A DNA stretch of 64,000 nt from Dehalococcoidia bacterium (GTDB lineage Bacteria; Chloroflexota; Dehalococcoidia; Lucifugimonadales; UBA3495): contig CBDFLG010000001.1 of the NCBI GenBank assembly GCA_965249065.1, forward strand, positions 1,192,318 through 1,256,317. Direction: 5' to 3'. The notes beneath the pieces are model-generated. The model had not been told where the DNA came from and searched no databases. It worked only from the letters and a program-made list of their open reading frames with translations. Below are positions 55,084 to 64,000 of the stretch, one piece after another. Numbering within the stretch: position 1 is the stretch's first letter; each line of letters starts with the position of its first letter. A program made the translations under genes and the position numbers.

Positions 55084-55215
55084 CAGGGCCTTTTCATTCT
55101 CTGGAGTTGTGGGAGAGTCCGTTCGTGGTGAGCCTGTCGAACCACGGGCGGACAGCCCCCGACAGGCTCAGGGCGAAGGGAAAAACATGGGCATGGCGAG
55201 AATGAAAAGGCCCTG
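55084..55215 (-). mobile_element. MITE-like element (132 bp); right arm of composite unit
   Basis: Perfect 18-bp TIR CAGGGCCTTTTCATTCTC; reverse complement of 53405-53534 with few differences. Confidence 0.9.
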
Positions 55216-55296
55216 GTCGGAACTGGGCCACCCATGAGCAAAGAATTCCCCCTCCCTTGAGAGAGGGTTAGGGTAAATTCCCACGCAATAAGCGCC

Positions 55297-56298
55297 CTAA
55301 ATTTCCCGAAAGACCGGCTCCGGGTCCTCCAGGTAGAACTTGTTCTGCCACAGCTCATCCATCAGCCCCTGCTCTTCATCGGTCAGCGGCGGAGTGTCCA
55401 CTGCGGCGGTGTACTCCCGCAGATCGTCCATCTTGGTAAAGTTGGGCAGCACCGATACAATCTGCGGCTTCTTCAGCACGAACTGGATGGCCGACTGCGC
55501 CATGGTGCGGGTATCTTCCTGGACGAGGAACTGGACCCGCTGAACCTTCGCCAGCGCCTCGCGCATCCACTCGGCGCGGCGGTGGGCGCGGTGGTCCGAC
55601 TCGTCGAACGCCGGCACCTCGGTGAACTCGCCCGTCAGCGTGTTGGAGGCGTGAGGCACCCGCGACAGCAGCCCAATCCCGCACTCCTCGGCGATGGGGA
55701 AGAAGTCAATGGCCGGCTCCTGCTCTAGGATGCTGTAGATGATTTGCAGGCTGTCCACCTGCCGCTCCCGCATCGACTTTTCGCCCTCCTCGAACCAGCC
55801 GATGTCCGGCCCCAAGGCGACGCCGAAGTGCCGAATCTTGCCCTCGAACTTGAGCTGCTCCAGGACCTCGAAAAGCTCATCGCGTTCCAGTGCGTCCACC
55901 CGCGGGTTGTGAATCTGGTAGAGGTCAATGTAGTCGGTGTCGAGGCGCCGCAAGCTCTGCTCGCAAGCGAACTTCACGAATTCGCGGTCGAACTTCTGCG
56001 GGCGTTCCCGGTGGCCGTCGCGGGGCGCTGGGTCGTAGATGTCGTAGCCGAACTTGGTGGCGATGACGATGTCGTTGCGCTTGTGGCCCAGCACTTGGGC
56101 CAGAATTTCCTCGCCGTATCCGTCGCCGTAGGTGTCGGCGGTGTCGAAGAAGTTCACGCCCAGCTCCACCGCGTTCTCCAGCAGCGCGGCCCGCTCGGCC
56201 TCCTCAATGCGCCCCCACCAGTTGGTGGCAACGGTCCACACCCCAAACCCCACTTCCGAAAGAACAAGATCAGTTCGCGGCATTTGTCGAAATTTCAT
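55297..56298 (-). CDS. Aldo/keto reductase
   Basis: GFG.W, FFDTADTYG, ATKFG, SLRRL.TDYIDLYQIH, GKIR.FGV. Confidence 0.93.
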   Translation of the reverse strand: MKFRQMPRTDLVLSEVGFGVWTVATNWWGRIEEAERAALLENAVELGVNFFDTADTYGDGYGEEILAQVLGHKRNDIVIATKFGYDIYDPAPRDGHRERPQKFDREFVKFACEQSLRRLDTDYIDLYQIHNPRVDALERDELFEVLEQLKFEGKIRHFGVALGPDIGWFEEGEKSMRERQVDSLQIIYSILEQEPAIDFFPIAEECGIGLLSRVPHASNTLTGEFTEVPAFDESDHRAHRRAEWMREALAKVQRVQFLVQEDTRTMAQSAIQFVLKKPQIVSVLPNFTKMDDLREYTAAVDTPPLTDEEQGLMDELWQNKFYLEDPEPVFREI

Positions 56299-56330
56299 GA
56301 TGGTCAACCTCGAATGTGTTGGAATGCCAG

Positions 56331-56756
56331 TTAGCCGACAGCGGGATGAAATTCCCGCACTGATTGAGTTAAGGCTATTGCGGTATCGGCGTCGCCCGCT
56401 TGATAACCGAAAATACCAGCGTGAGATGGGTCGCTCCCTTGTCCCAGGACCTTGAAGCTCAATTGAACGCCCTCGGCCATTCTGCCGGATTGTTCCACAT
56501 TCAGCACAGCGAATCTCCCGTTGGCACTGACGCGAAACCCCTTACTGCTGAGGGCCTGCTGTACCCCCGAGATCTGAATTGGTCTTTCTGACCCGTGAAA
56601 ATGCTCCAGCCAGTTCGTTGAAAGGTAGTTTTCTCCCAAGCGTAAGGAAAATGCCCCCAGTAGGGGCCTGTCATTGCGAATTGTGCGAGGAGAACAGTAT
56701 CGGGCTACATGGTGCTCCGGGCGTAGAATCCTTTCCCCTACTGCTTGGGACGCCAA
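56331..56756 (-). CDS. Hypothetical protein, possible ART/RES-like fold toxin
   Basis: ARY..AF..LSTNW..SHAGI pattern; overlaps upstream gene by 19 bp. Confidence 0.6.
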   Translation of the reverse strand: MASQAVGERILRPEHHVARYCSPRTIRNDRPLLGAFSLRLGENYLSTNWLEHFHGSERPIQISGVQQALSSKGFRVSANGRFAVLNVEQSGRMAEGVQLSFKVLGQGSDPSHAGIFGYQAGDADTAIALTQSVREFHPAVG

Positions 56757-57166
56757 ACAAACAACCCCTTTTTCACCAACGCCTCGGTTAGAATCGCGCG
56801 CTCGCCGACTTTATTTCGCTCCTTCATCTCGACAAACTCGCCCTGATCGTCGGTCGCTGAGAATACCATGCGGTCAGCGTCAAGATACCAGATACCGATG
56901 ACGCCCTTGTCGGAAAACCGCCACTCGCCGACAATCCAGCCATCAGGCGAACATGAAAGACCAACCTTGCTGTCCGATTCCACGCTGGCAAAGAACTCGA
57001 AAAATCCGCGGGCGCTTTCCGGCGTCGCGGGGGATTCACCGGAATCCAGATCCTCGTCAGACGCCAGGTATTCCAGCCTTTCGGCCAAGGCGTCTTCGCC
57101 CATGCTCCGAAGGGAAGCAATTATGTCATCCACAGTTGCGGTTGCAGGAAGAGTCATTCTGGACAC
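56738..57166 (-). CDS. Hypothetical acidic protein
   Basis: 142-aa ORF with SPDGWIVGEW motif; coupled to downstream gene. Confidence 0.65.
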   Translation of the reverse strand: MSRMTLPATATVDDIIASLRSMGEDALAERLEYLASDEDLDSGESPATPESARGFFEFFASVESDSKVGLSCSPDGWIVGEWRFSDKGVIGIWYLDADRMVFSATDDQGEFVEMKERNKVGERAILTEALVKKGLFVWRPKQ

Positions 57167-57193
57167 TCAATATAGCGCAATCCGAGGCGTCTT

Positions 57194-57796
57194 TTACGTG
57201 GATTCGCCCAGCCAGCGGCCCATTCCCTCGATAAAGTCGTCCCTCGCTTCGCTGCTGGCGCCGCAGAACTCTTGGATTAGTTGTTCTTTGAATTCCTGCG
57301 GGTCCTGACCCTCGGCGACTGCGAGGGTATCGATGGGGTTGCAAGCCAGTGTCATGTCGCTGCCGGGTTGAAAAACTGGATTAACGGTCATGCCCAACGG
57401 TTCGGCGCTGCTGGGCCAAGTGGCGTCAACGACCGTCCAGCCCTCGGCCGTGTTGACTCGCAGGTAGGTATGCACGTCAGGAATGGGGCTAACCGCCACC
57501 AAGTCCCGAAGCTCGGGCGGGAAATGCCGGGTGTTGTCTGGCGTGAAGCGGTGGGTGCACATTATCACTTGGGATTCCAGCCCCAACTCGCGGAAGATGT
57601 CGGCCAGCAGGTAGTGCTTCCCTGAGCAGGTCCCCCGCCATTCCTCGACAATCGCGTCCGGCTTCCGTGAGCTGGCCCGCCGGTACGGCATATCCCGCAC
57701 CAACGCGAAGGCCCGCTCAGGCGTGAGCACCCCGTCGCTGGAAAGAAAGCCGCGGTTGCGGCCCTCTTGCTCAAGCAGAGAAAGCAGGCTGGTCAT
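57194..57796 (-). CDS. Transglutaminase-like (Cys-His-Asp) protein
   Basis: GTCSGKH, DVHTYL, VVDATW; GGAGG RBS. Confidence 0.7.
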   Translation of the reverse strand: MTSLLSLLEQEGRNRGFLSSDGVLTPERAFALVRDMPYRRASSRKPDAIVEEWRGTCSGKHYLLADIFRELGLESQVIMCTHRFTPDNTRHFPPELRDLVAVSPIPDVHTYLRVNTAEGWTVVDATWPSSAEPLGMTVNPVFQPGSDMTLACNPIDTLAVAEGQDPQEFKEQLIQEFCGASSEARDDFIEGMGRWLGEST

Positions 57797-57842
57797 ATGC
57801 TCCCCCTCCCAGAAATAGCAGACGGATCACTTTGCCCATGTA

Positions 57843-58490
57843 CTACTCATCCGCTATTTGAGCAGCTCTGGTTTGATGGGTGGGTTGGCTGGCGTCCTTT
57901 CCTGTTGAGGAATGTCTGGCGTGCTTTCGCCTGAATTCGATGTCAGTCATCGTGTCTTTGGCTTGGTTGCAAGTGCTGCAAGCCAATTGGTAGTTGCGTA
58001 TGTTTTCTTGTCCACCCGTCTTTTCGGAATCATGTGTTCGATCTCGAGTTCGTCGTACCCGTATTCGTTGCCGCAGTAAACGCACTTGCCAAGCTGATAG
58101 TCAAACAACAGGCGTTTGTCCTGCGCCTTCTGGTCGTCTTCCAGCATTGCGGTGCGTTCTTCGAAGGTGTCAACCCGGCTGGCTATCTCGCTGATTTCCT
58201 GCACTTTCTTTGCGGTTTGGATCCTTTTGGCACTAAGCTCTTTGGTCTCAAAGCTCGCCGGTTTCGGCAACTCCTTGGGAGTGATGCTTTGTCTTCGCGC
58301 AGTGGCTTTCCGATTGCACGTCGAGGCAAAGAGGATACTTGGCGGTCTTTCCGGTACACGCCGCACTGAGGGTACGCACTTATCGCCACACCCCATCCTG
58401 ACTTTTCTGCCAGTGCTCCCGGCACAGAAAATGGTCGCCCCGTATTTTCTCGTTGCAGGATTGTTCTTTGCAGATGTTAGCTGTTGTCAT
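57843..58490 (-). pseudogene. Zinc-finger + HNH endonuclease gene with multiple frameshifts
   Basis: ATG 58490 behind GAGG gives MTTANICKEQSC..HFLCREH then stop; fragments PQCGVY and KYPLCLD in other frames; CVYCG..IEHMIPK and GGQENIRNYQLACSTCNQAK split by a frameshift at 58015-58017. Confidence 0.75.
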
Positions 58491-58513
58491 ATCTGCCTCT
58501 TGATTTTAGAGTA

Positions 58514-59107
58514 TCACCCAGCCGCCACCGCCAGCCCCAGGCTGCCCTTGACCGCGTCCACTTGCGCCCGGAACTCAGCGTCGCTGAGCACCGGCTCCAG
58601 GCGCCCCAGCGGCACGTCGGTCAGCACTTCCACCCATGACGTGCAGCCGCTGTACTCGGGAATCCACGGTACGGTCACCGGGGCCTCCAGCCGGTAGGCG
58701 CGCAGCAGCATCACCGACAGCGGCAACATCGGCTTCCAGCGCAGCCTCGACTGGGCGTAGGCCGTGGTCCAGATGTGATGCGGCTCTAGGCCGTCGACTT
58801 TCTCTTGGCCGGAGACCTCCAGCACTTCCTCGGCCTTGGCGAAGTGGGAGAAAGTGATTTTGTCCGTCTCGCGGGGCCGGGCCAGCAACTCCTCCAAGGC
58901 CGGTTGATGGGTGGGCTGCAACAGTTCCGGCTTCTGATGCTCGTAGGTTGGATAAAGCAGGAACTCCCGGTGAATCACCCGGAAGTCCTTGCTGTCCTCG
59001 TGAATGCCGCCCTTGCGCAGCAACAGGACCTGCTCGCCCTGGGCCAGGGCCTGACAAGTAACGGCCCATTCCTTCAGTGCCATCTGGCATTTCTCAGGCA
59101 GCATCAC
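58514..59107 (-). CDS. DUF1802 family protein
   Basis: ALKEWA..LLRKGGIHE, FLLYPT.EHQ, GC.SWV. Confidence 0.88.
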   Translation of the reverse strand: MMLPEKCQMALKEWAVTCQALAQGEQVLLLRKGGIHEDSKDFRVIHREFLLYPTYEHQKPELLQPTHQPALEELLARPRETDKITFSHFAKAEEVLEVSGQEKVDGLEPHHIWTTAYAQSRLRWKPMLPLSVMLLRAYRLEAPVTVPWIPEYSGCTSWVEVLTDVPLGRLEPVLSDAEFRAQVDAVKGSLGLAVAAG

Positions 59108-59220
59108 ACAACCTCCGGGGCCGGATTATCAAAACCGGGTCGCGTCCCGCTGTGGCCGGGAGCGAATTTGCCCAAACGGTAACATAAAGGAAGGACAAAA
59201 TAAATCTTGGGCCCCGGCGT

Positions 59221-60003
59221 TTAATCCGTCGGCCAGCGCAGCATCTTGTAGAGATTGCGGGTGGTGACGGCGGCGACTTCCTCGACGGATATGCCCTTGA
59301 CCTCGGCCAAGCATTGGGCGACCTCGGCCACGTGGCGCGGCTCGGTCCAGTTGGAGCGGTACTTCTTGAATGGCTGGGGGTAGGCGTCGGTTTCCAGCAC
59401 GATGTTTTCCAGCGGGATGGCCCGCGCCGCCTCCTGCACCTCCGCCAGCCGCGTCAGCGGGCGCGCCAGCGAGATGTAAAAGCCGCAGTCGATGGCCTCC
59501 CGCGCCGTGGCCTCGTCGGCCTGGAAGTAGTGCATCGCACCGCCCACGTCGCCCGCCTGCTCCTCTCGCAGCACTTGAAACACGGCCGCGTGGGCTTCCC
59601 GCGAGTGGAAGATGATGGGCAGGTCGAGGCTCTTGGCCAGCCGGATGTGCTGCCGGAACACTTGGTCCTGCACCGCGTGGTCGGGCGACTCGGGCAAATA
59701 GTCCAGCCCCACCTCGCTGATGCAGACCACCTTGGGCGATTGCGCCAGCCGCTCCAGCTCAGCATACATAGCGTCGTCCACCAACTCGTATGCCTGGCAA
59801 GGATGAATCCCAACCCCCGCATAGAACGCATCAAACTCCCCGGCCAGCCCGATACAAGCCCGAGTAGACTCCAGCGTAGTCCCCGCCAAAATCACCGAAG
59901 CAACTCCCACCTCAGCAGCCCGCTCCAGCATCCCCGGCAGCTCCGCCGCGTCATACTGGTCCAAGTGCGTGTGGCAGTCGCCAAAGGTCAGCGGCGTGGT
60001 CAT
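59221..60003 (-). CDS. tatD: TatD family hydrolase
   Basis: DCHTH, GIHP, EVGLDY, IFHSR, HYF, LETD.YP; start at ATG 60003. Confidence 0.9.
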   Translation of the reverse strand: MTTPLTFGDCHTHLDQYDAAELPGMLERAAEVGVASVILAGTTLESTRACIGLAGEFDAFYAGVGIHPCQAYELVDDAMYAELERLAQSPKVVCISEVGLDYLPESPDHAVQDQVFRQHIRLAKSLDLPIIFHSREAHAAVFQVLREEQAGDVGGAMHYFQADEATAREAIDCGFYISLARPLTRLAEVQEAARAIPLENIVLETDAYPQPFKKYRSNWTEPRHVAEVAQCLAEVKGISVEEVAAVTTRNLYKMLRWPTD

Positions 60004-60064
60004 AGCGCGGCTCCCTGTTGGTAGTGTTCTTTTCTGCGATGATAGCTGTGCCAGGCGAAGACGG

Positions 60065-61554
60065 TCAAATTTCCGGTGAGTGGGATGTCGCAGCGGGAGA
60101 TCTGGCACGGAGCAGGTAATGGCTTAACGTAAATGCGGTTATCAAGCAGAGGGCAATGGACGCCAGTATGGCAAACGAAATTGAAATTCCCAGAAGCAAC
60201 CATGCTAGCAATGGCACAGCGACAAAAGCGACCATAGCAATATAGCTTCCGAAAGTAGCCCAAAACCACGGAACCCTGAGGCGGTTCTGAGTAGACGCCA
60301 AATAACCTATTCCAACGCCAATGACAATGACAGCCATGAGGAATTTCAACATCCCGACCATAATGGAGCCGACAGGGTCGAGAATTGTATTTATAGTGAG
60401 CAAAGGCACAACGGAGAGCGCAACCAAGAACAACATCACAACCCAGGAAACCAGTCTGCCGACAAAGCCGAAGAAACTGGACGGATTTCGCAAACGGTTA
60501 TGCGCAAGGAAAAAGGCCAGGGTGAGCATGGACATGGGGAAAACCAAAGCCGCTACCCAGAAGTTGTAGCTCGACATCAAGTATTGGACTTTCCGTGCGA
60601 TTGACAAAGAATCAATCGGAGCGAATTGGTCTACAGCAACAGGCGTCCATTGCCCGTCCGGAGTACCCACAACCACGCCTTGTATGCCCATTGCCGCTAT
60701 CAGATTCCCGCTGTGCGGATCATAGGTGATGGTGTCTGGCTCAAATGCAAGATCCCGGCCACCCAAATGTGCCGTCTGTTTGGCTTGCATCCACTCATTC
60801 CCGGATTCCCGCAGGTACTCTGTCGAATAAGCTACGGACTCGCCTGAAGAGTCGGACAGCACGATATTCGGACCCTCGATTTTATATTTCCCTCTGGGGG
60901 TTTCCAGCCATGCACGTTCGTCTCTGGCATCCCAGCCTAAATCAGGCCGAATCTCCCGAATCTTTTTGTCGCGGGAAGGGTCGTCGAAGGCCAGGAAGCT
61001 CCACGTGATCCCGCCGTCTATGCTTTCGTAATACGATTCACCTTCAGACAGCCCATATTCTGAGGTGATAGCGATTACCACAGCCGATGAGGTCTCAACG
61101 TCTGTAATTCCATGGACCTCGCTTTGTTCCGAAGTCGCCACCGTCGCAAACGCCGCGAGGGCGGCGGTTGTCATCCCCAGCCGCGAGCGCAGGCCGCCGG
61201 GCGCCACCGGCCCGCGCCGCCACACCCATACCGCGATGCCCAGGGCGAAAGGGATGACCACCGAGTCGTAGGGGTCCAACGGCGAGCCGCCATTCCCGCC
61301 GGAGACCAGCGAAAGCCCCCGCATAATCCAGTCGTGCAGCGGGGGGAAGGTGTTGAATGCGGCATACAGCAGCGGCAGGCCGACGTAGGCGGCGCGAACA
61401 CCATCCAGGCCAGATCGCTGAGCTTGCCGGTGGTCCACGGGTGCGGCCACAGCGCCTTCAGGGCGAGGTCGTTGACCAGCAGCACAGCCAGCGCCCCCAG
61501 CGTCGCCGGGTGCGTCAGCGCCGACTCGCACCGGCGGCGGAATGTGTCTGGCAT
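60065..61554 (-). pseudogene. Multi-pass membrane protein with extracytoplasmic Asp-box domain; frameshift near 61395
   Basis: ORF 61171-61554 (LLVND..LK..W...TGKLSDLAW) switches frame to ORF 60065-61531 (AYVGLPLLY..; SIDGGITW). Confidence 0.7.
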
Positions 61555-61588
61555 GGCTGACCTCCGTCCGGACCGCTTGTGGGGCAGG

Positions 61589-61813
61589 CTACTGATTGAG
61601 AAGCTGAAAGAATCCCTCGCGGGTCAACCCTGCGTCCCTGATTAAAGCCCTGAGCAATCCCCTTCCCAATTCTCTATGGTTGGGTACCGACAGCCGACGG
61701 CGGTCGCTGTGGAGCAGAATCATGTGGCTGCCTTCAGTATGATCCCGACGGTAGCCTATTCGCTCCATAGCACGCACAAACCGGATACCGGAAATGACCG
61801 GCAAGCGCGCCAC
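61589..61813 (-). CDS. hicA: HicA family toxin
   Basis: GSH, SVPNH.ELGRGLL..LIRDAGLT; GTG overlaps upstream stop (TAGTG). Confidence 0.88.
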   Translation of the reverse strand: MARLPVISGIRFVRAMERIGYRRDHTEGSHMILLHSDRRRLSVPNHRELGRGLLRALIRDAGLTREGFFQLLNQ

Positions 61814-62340
61814 TATAAGGCAACCTCTACCAGTTCCCAATCAACGACAGGAATCTCCTCTCCGTAGTGCTTCATGCTGGAGATGTAGCCCCGGATAGCT
61901 TCTTCGATGTTATTTATTGCCTCTTGTCTCGATCGCCCTTGGGAGTGGCACCCTGGAAGCTGGGGGCAGCTCGCCACGATGTACCCGTCCTCGTCCGGTT
62001 CTAGGGACACCGCAAAGCTGTGCGCTCGGATATCGCCTTTATCGCGCTTCTCAACAAGGTTGCTCCCCGCGGCGGAGACTGACTGACGGTCGAATTCCTC
62101 GATGCCAAATCCGAGCTTCCGAAGAATTCGAAACGCATCGTCGGTGATAAACTCGGCGCGACGCAGGCCCGTCGCTTCGGCGAACAACTGCTTTACAGGA
62201 AGGCGGCGCCCTCCTATGACCACGTAGTATTTGTGCCGCCCGTCAATATCGTCGGGCACGACCCGGCTGGCGGCTTCAACCACCCTTTCGAAATCCAGTT
62301 CGTATCGCCTTCCACCCAGAACGAACTGCATCTGTTGCAC
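61813..62340 (-). CDS. hicB: HicB-like antitoxin fused to an N-terminal SCO5918/ScoMcrA-head-like domain
   Basis: C-half LPGCHSQG.SR.EA..NI.EAI; N-half YV.IGGR.LPVKQ..F.T..A.RIL.KLGF. Confidence 0.78.
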   Translation of the reverse strand: MQQMQFVLGGRRYELDFERVVEAASRVVPDDIDGRHKYYVVIGGRRLPVKQLFAEATGLRRAEFITDDAFRILRKLGFGIEEFDRQSVSAAGSNLVEKRDKGDIRAHSFAVSLEPDEDGYIVASCPQLPGCHSQGRSRQEAINNIEEAIRGYISSMKHYGEEIPVVDWELVEVAL

Positions 62341-62448
62341 CTCTTATCTTCCTTTTCTGTCTACTTCTAATTATTAGATTGAAATAAGACCTCGTCAAGC
62401 AGGTGAAATCCATGTTATGGCCTCCCCGCCGTCCCCCGTCGAATCTCG

Positions 62449-62503
62449 TTGACACCCCTATCTGCCGGTGGTAGCATAATTGTTGACCTAATTGGTCAAT
62501 AAT
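62449..62503 (+). promoter_or_regulatory. sufB promoter with adjacent 25-bp palindromic operator
   Basis: TTGACA(62449)-17bp-TAGCAT(62472) with extended TG; ATTGTTGACC-TAATT-GGTCAATAAT at 62479-62503. Confidence 0.8.
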
Positions 62504-62590
62504 GTTAGCCTACTGCCCGGTCGCCGCAGGCGCGGCGGCCGGTGCCCCGTGATTCCCCCGGCAATTCACTGCTTTCATAAGGAGCAGCCG

Positions 62591-64000
62591 ATGACCACGC
62601 CCAAGGTCATTTCCCGCGACAGCGCGTCCAGCGACCTGGACGCCGATTACAAGTGGGGCTTTACCATCGACATCGACTCCGACCTGGCCCCCAAGGGGCT
62701 GAACGAGGATATCGTTCGCCTCATCTCGGCCAAGAAGGAAGAGCCGGAGTGGCTGCTGGAATGGCGGCTCAAGGCGTTCCGGCACTGGGAGCGCCTCAAG
62801 TACGAAGAACCGGCGTGGGCCAACATCCATCACGACCCCATTGATTACCAGGACATCTACTACTACGCCGCCCCGGCCACTAAGGAGGGGCCCAAGAGCC
62901 TCGACGAGGTTGACCCAGAGGTGCTGGAAGCCTTCGAGAAGCTGGGCATCCCGCTTCAGGAACGGGAGCGGCTGGCCGGCGTGGCCGTGGACGCGGTGCT
63001 CGACAGCGTATCGGTTGCCACCACCTACAAGGATATGCTGGAGAAAGAAGGCATCATCTTCTGCTCCATGAGCGAGGCGGTGAAGAATCACCCAGAGTTG
63101 GTGCAGAAGTATCTCGGCTCCGTGGTGCCTTACACCGACAACTTCTTCGCCACCCTCAACTCGGCGGTGTTCAGCGACGGCTCCTTTGCCTACATCCCCA
63201 AGGGCGTGCGCTGCCCCATCGAGCTGATGACCTACTTCCGCATCAATCAGGCCGACTCCGGCCAGTTCGAGCGGACGCTTATTGTGGCCGAGGAAGGCGC
63301 CTACGTCAGCTACCTTGAAGGCTGCACCGCCCCGGCCCGCAAGTCCCACCAACTGCACGCGGCGGTGGTGGAGCTGGTGACGCTGGACGACGCCGAAATC
63401 AAGTATTCGACGCTGCAAAACTGGTTCCCCGGCGACAAGGAAGGCAAGGGCGGCGTCTACAACTTCGTCACCAAGCGCGGACTGGCCGCCGGGCGCAACT
63501 CGAAAATCTCTTGGACCCAGGTGGAGACCGGCTCGGCCATCACCTGGAAGTACCCCAGCGTCATCCTGAAAGGCGACAACTCCACGGGCGAGTTCTACTC
63601 CGTGGCGCTGGTCAACCGCTATCAGCAGGCCGACACCGGCACCAAGATGATTCACCAAGGCAAGAACACCAAGAGCACCATCGTGGCCAAGGGCATCTCC
63701 GCCGGACACGGCAACGCCACCTATCGCGGCCTAGTCAAAATGATGCCGACGGCCGACGGGGCCAAGAACTTCACCCAGTGCGATTCGCTGCTCGTCGGCG
63801 ATCAATGCGGCGCCCACACCGTGCCGTACATTGAGGTCAAGAACCCCACGGCCCAGATGGAGCATGAGGCGTCCACATCCAAGGTCAGCGACGACCAGCT
63901 CTTCTACTGCCAGCAGCGGGGGATGTCGGTGGAGGACGCCCACTTTATGATCATCAACGGCTTCTGCCGCGGCATCTTCCAAGAACTCCCCTTCGAGTTC
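62591..64000 (+). CDS. sufB: Fe-S cluster assembly protein SufB (3' truncated by window; missing from ORF track)
   Basis: AGGAG RBS; reads [68 protein letters not shown], open to window end. Confidence 0.96.
   Translation, partial: MTTPKVISRDSASSDLDADYKWGFTIDIDSDLAPKGLNEDIVRLISAKKEEPEWLLEWRLKAFRHWERLKYEEPAWANIHHDPIDYQDIYYYAAPATKEGPKSLDEVDPEVLEAFEKLGIPLQERERLAGVAVDAVLDSVSVATTYKDMLEKEGIIFCSMSEAVKNHPELVQKYLGSVVPYTDNFFATLNSAVFSDGSFAYIPKGVRCPIELMTYFRINQADSGQFERTLIVAEEGAYVSYLEGCTAPARKSHQLHAAVVELVTLDDAEIKYSTLQNWFPGDKEGKGGVYNFVTKRGLAAGRNSKISWTQVETGSAITWKYPSVILKGDNSTGEFYSVALVNRYQQADTGTKMIHQGKNTKSTIVAKGISAGHGNATYRGLVKMMPTADGAKNFTQCDSLLVGDQCGAHTVPYIEVKNPTAQMEHEASTSKVSDDQLFYCQQRGMSVEDAHFMIINGFCRGIFQELPFEF

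Noticed and set aside
1..64000. tRNA, rRNA, cobalamin riboswitch, integrase or transposase
   Set aside because: None recognised by eye; a covariance-model and HMM scan would be needed to exclude divergent cases.

Overview
GC-rich bacterial chromosomal window. Gene content suggests Chloroflexota, probably Dehalococcoidia/SAR202-like; this is inferred from the LLM monooxygenase, PT-rich lipoproteins and PaREP1/Uma2 genes, not from a marker gene. Core content: end of cobB, cobO, an M16 peptidase, rph, comEA-comEC, ilvE, plsY, a hopanoid cluster (polyprenyl synthase-hpnH-hpnG-hpnA-shc-yjbQ-hpnD-epimerase-nucleoside hydrolase), DUF1800-DUF1501-NHL, mogA, a xanthine-dehydrogenase-family molybdoenzyme cluster (M, S and two L subunits), acyl-CoA dehydrogenase, CotH, ppdK, tatD and the 5' part of sufB. 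Many small accessory modules are interleaved (toxin-antitoxin pairs, AlbA-ATPase, HNH, PaREP1). Main signals: (1) a five-gene Uma2 array with an exact 577-bp period, near-identical constant blocks and a roughly 75-bp in-frame hypervariable segment, lying inside the molybdoenzyme operon. (2) Non-autonomous elements with CAGG...CCTG ends and 9-10-bp target duplications that carry REP hairpins and stack beside each other. Two inverted copies form a 1.8-kb composite unit (53405-55215) carrying a secreted glutamic-peptidase-like gene. (3) A REP-like in-frame insertion in a molybdoenzyme large subunit. No transposase, integrase, reverse transcriptase, tRNA, rRNA or CRISPR array was recognised. Several frameshifts are single-base losses in G/C runs and may be sequencing errors. 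All protein family calls come from motif recognition by eye; no database search was run.
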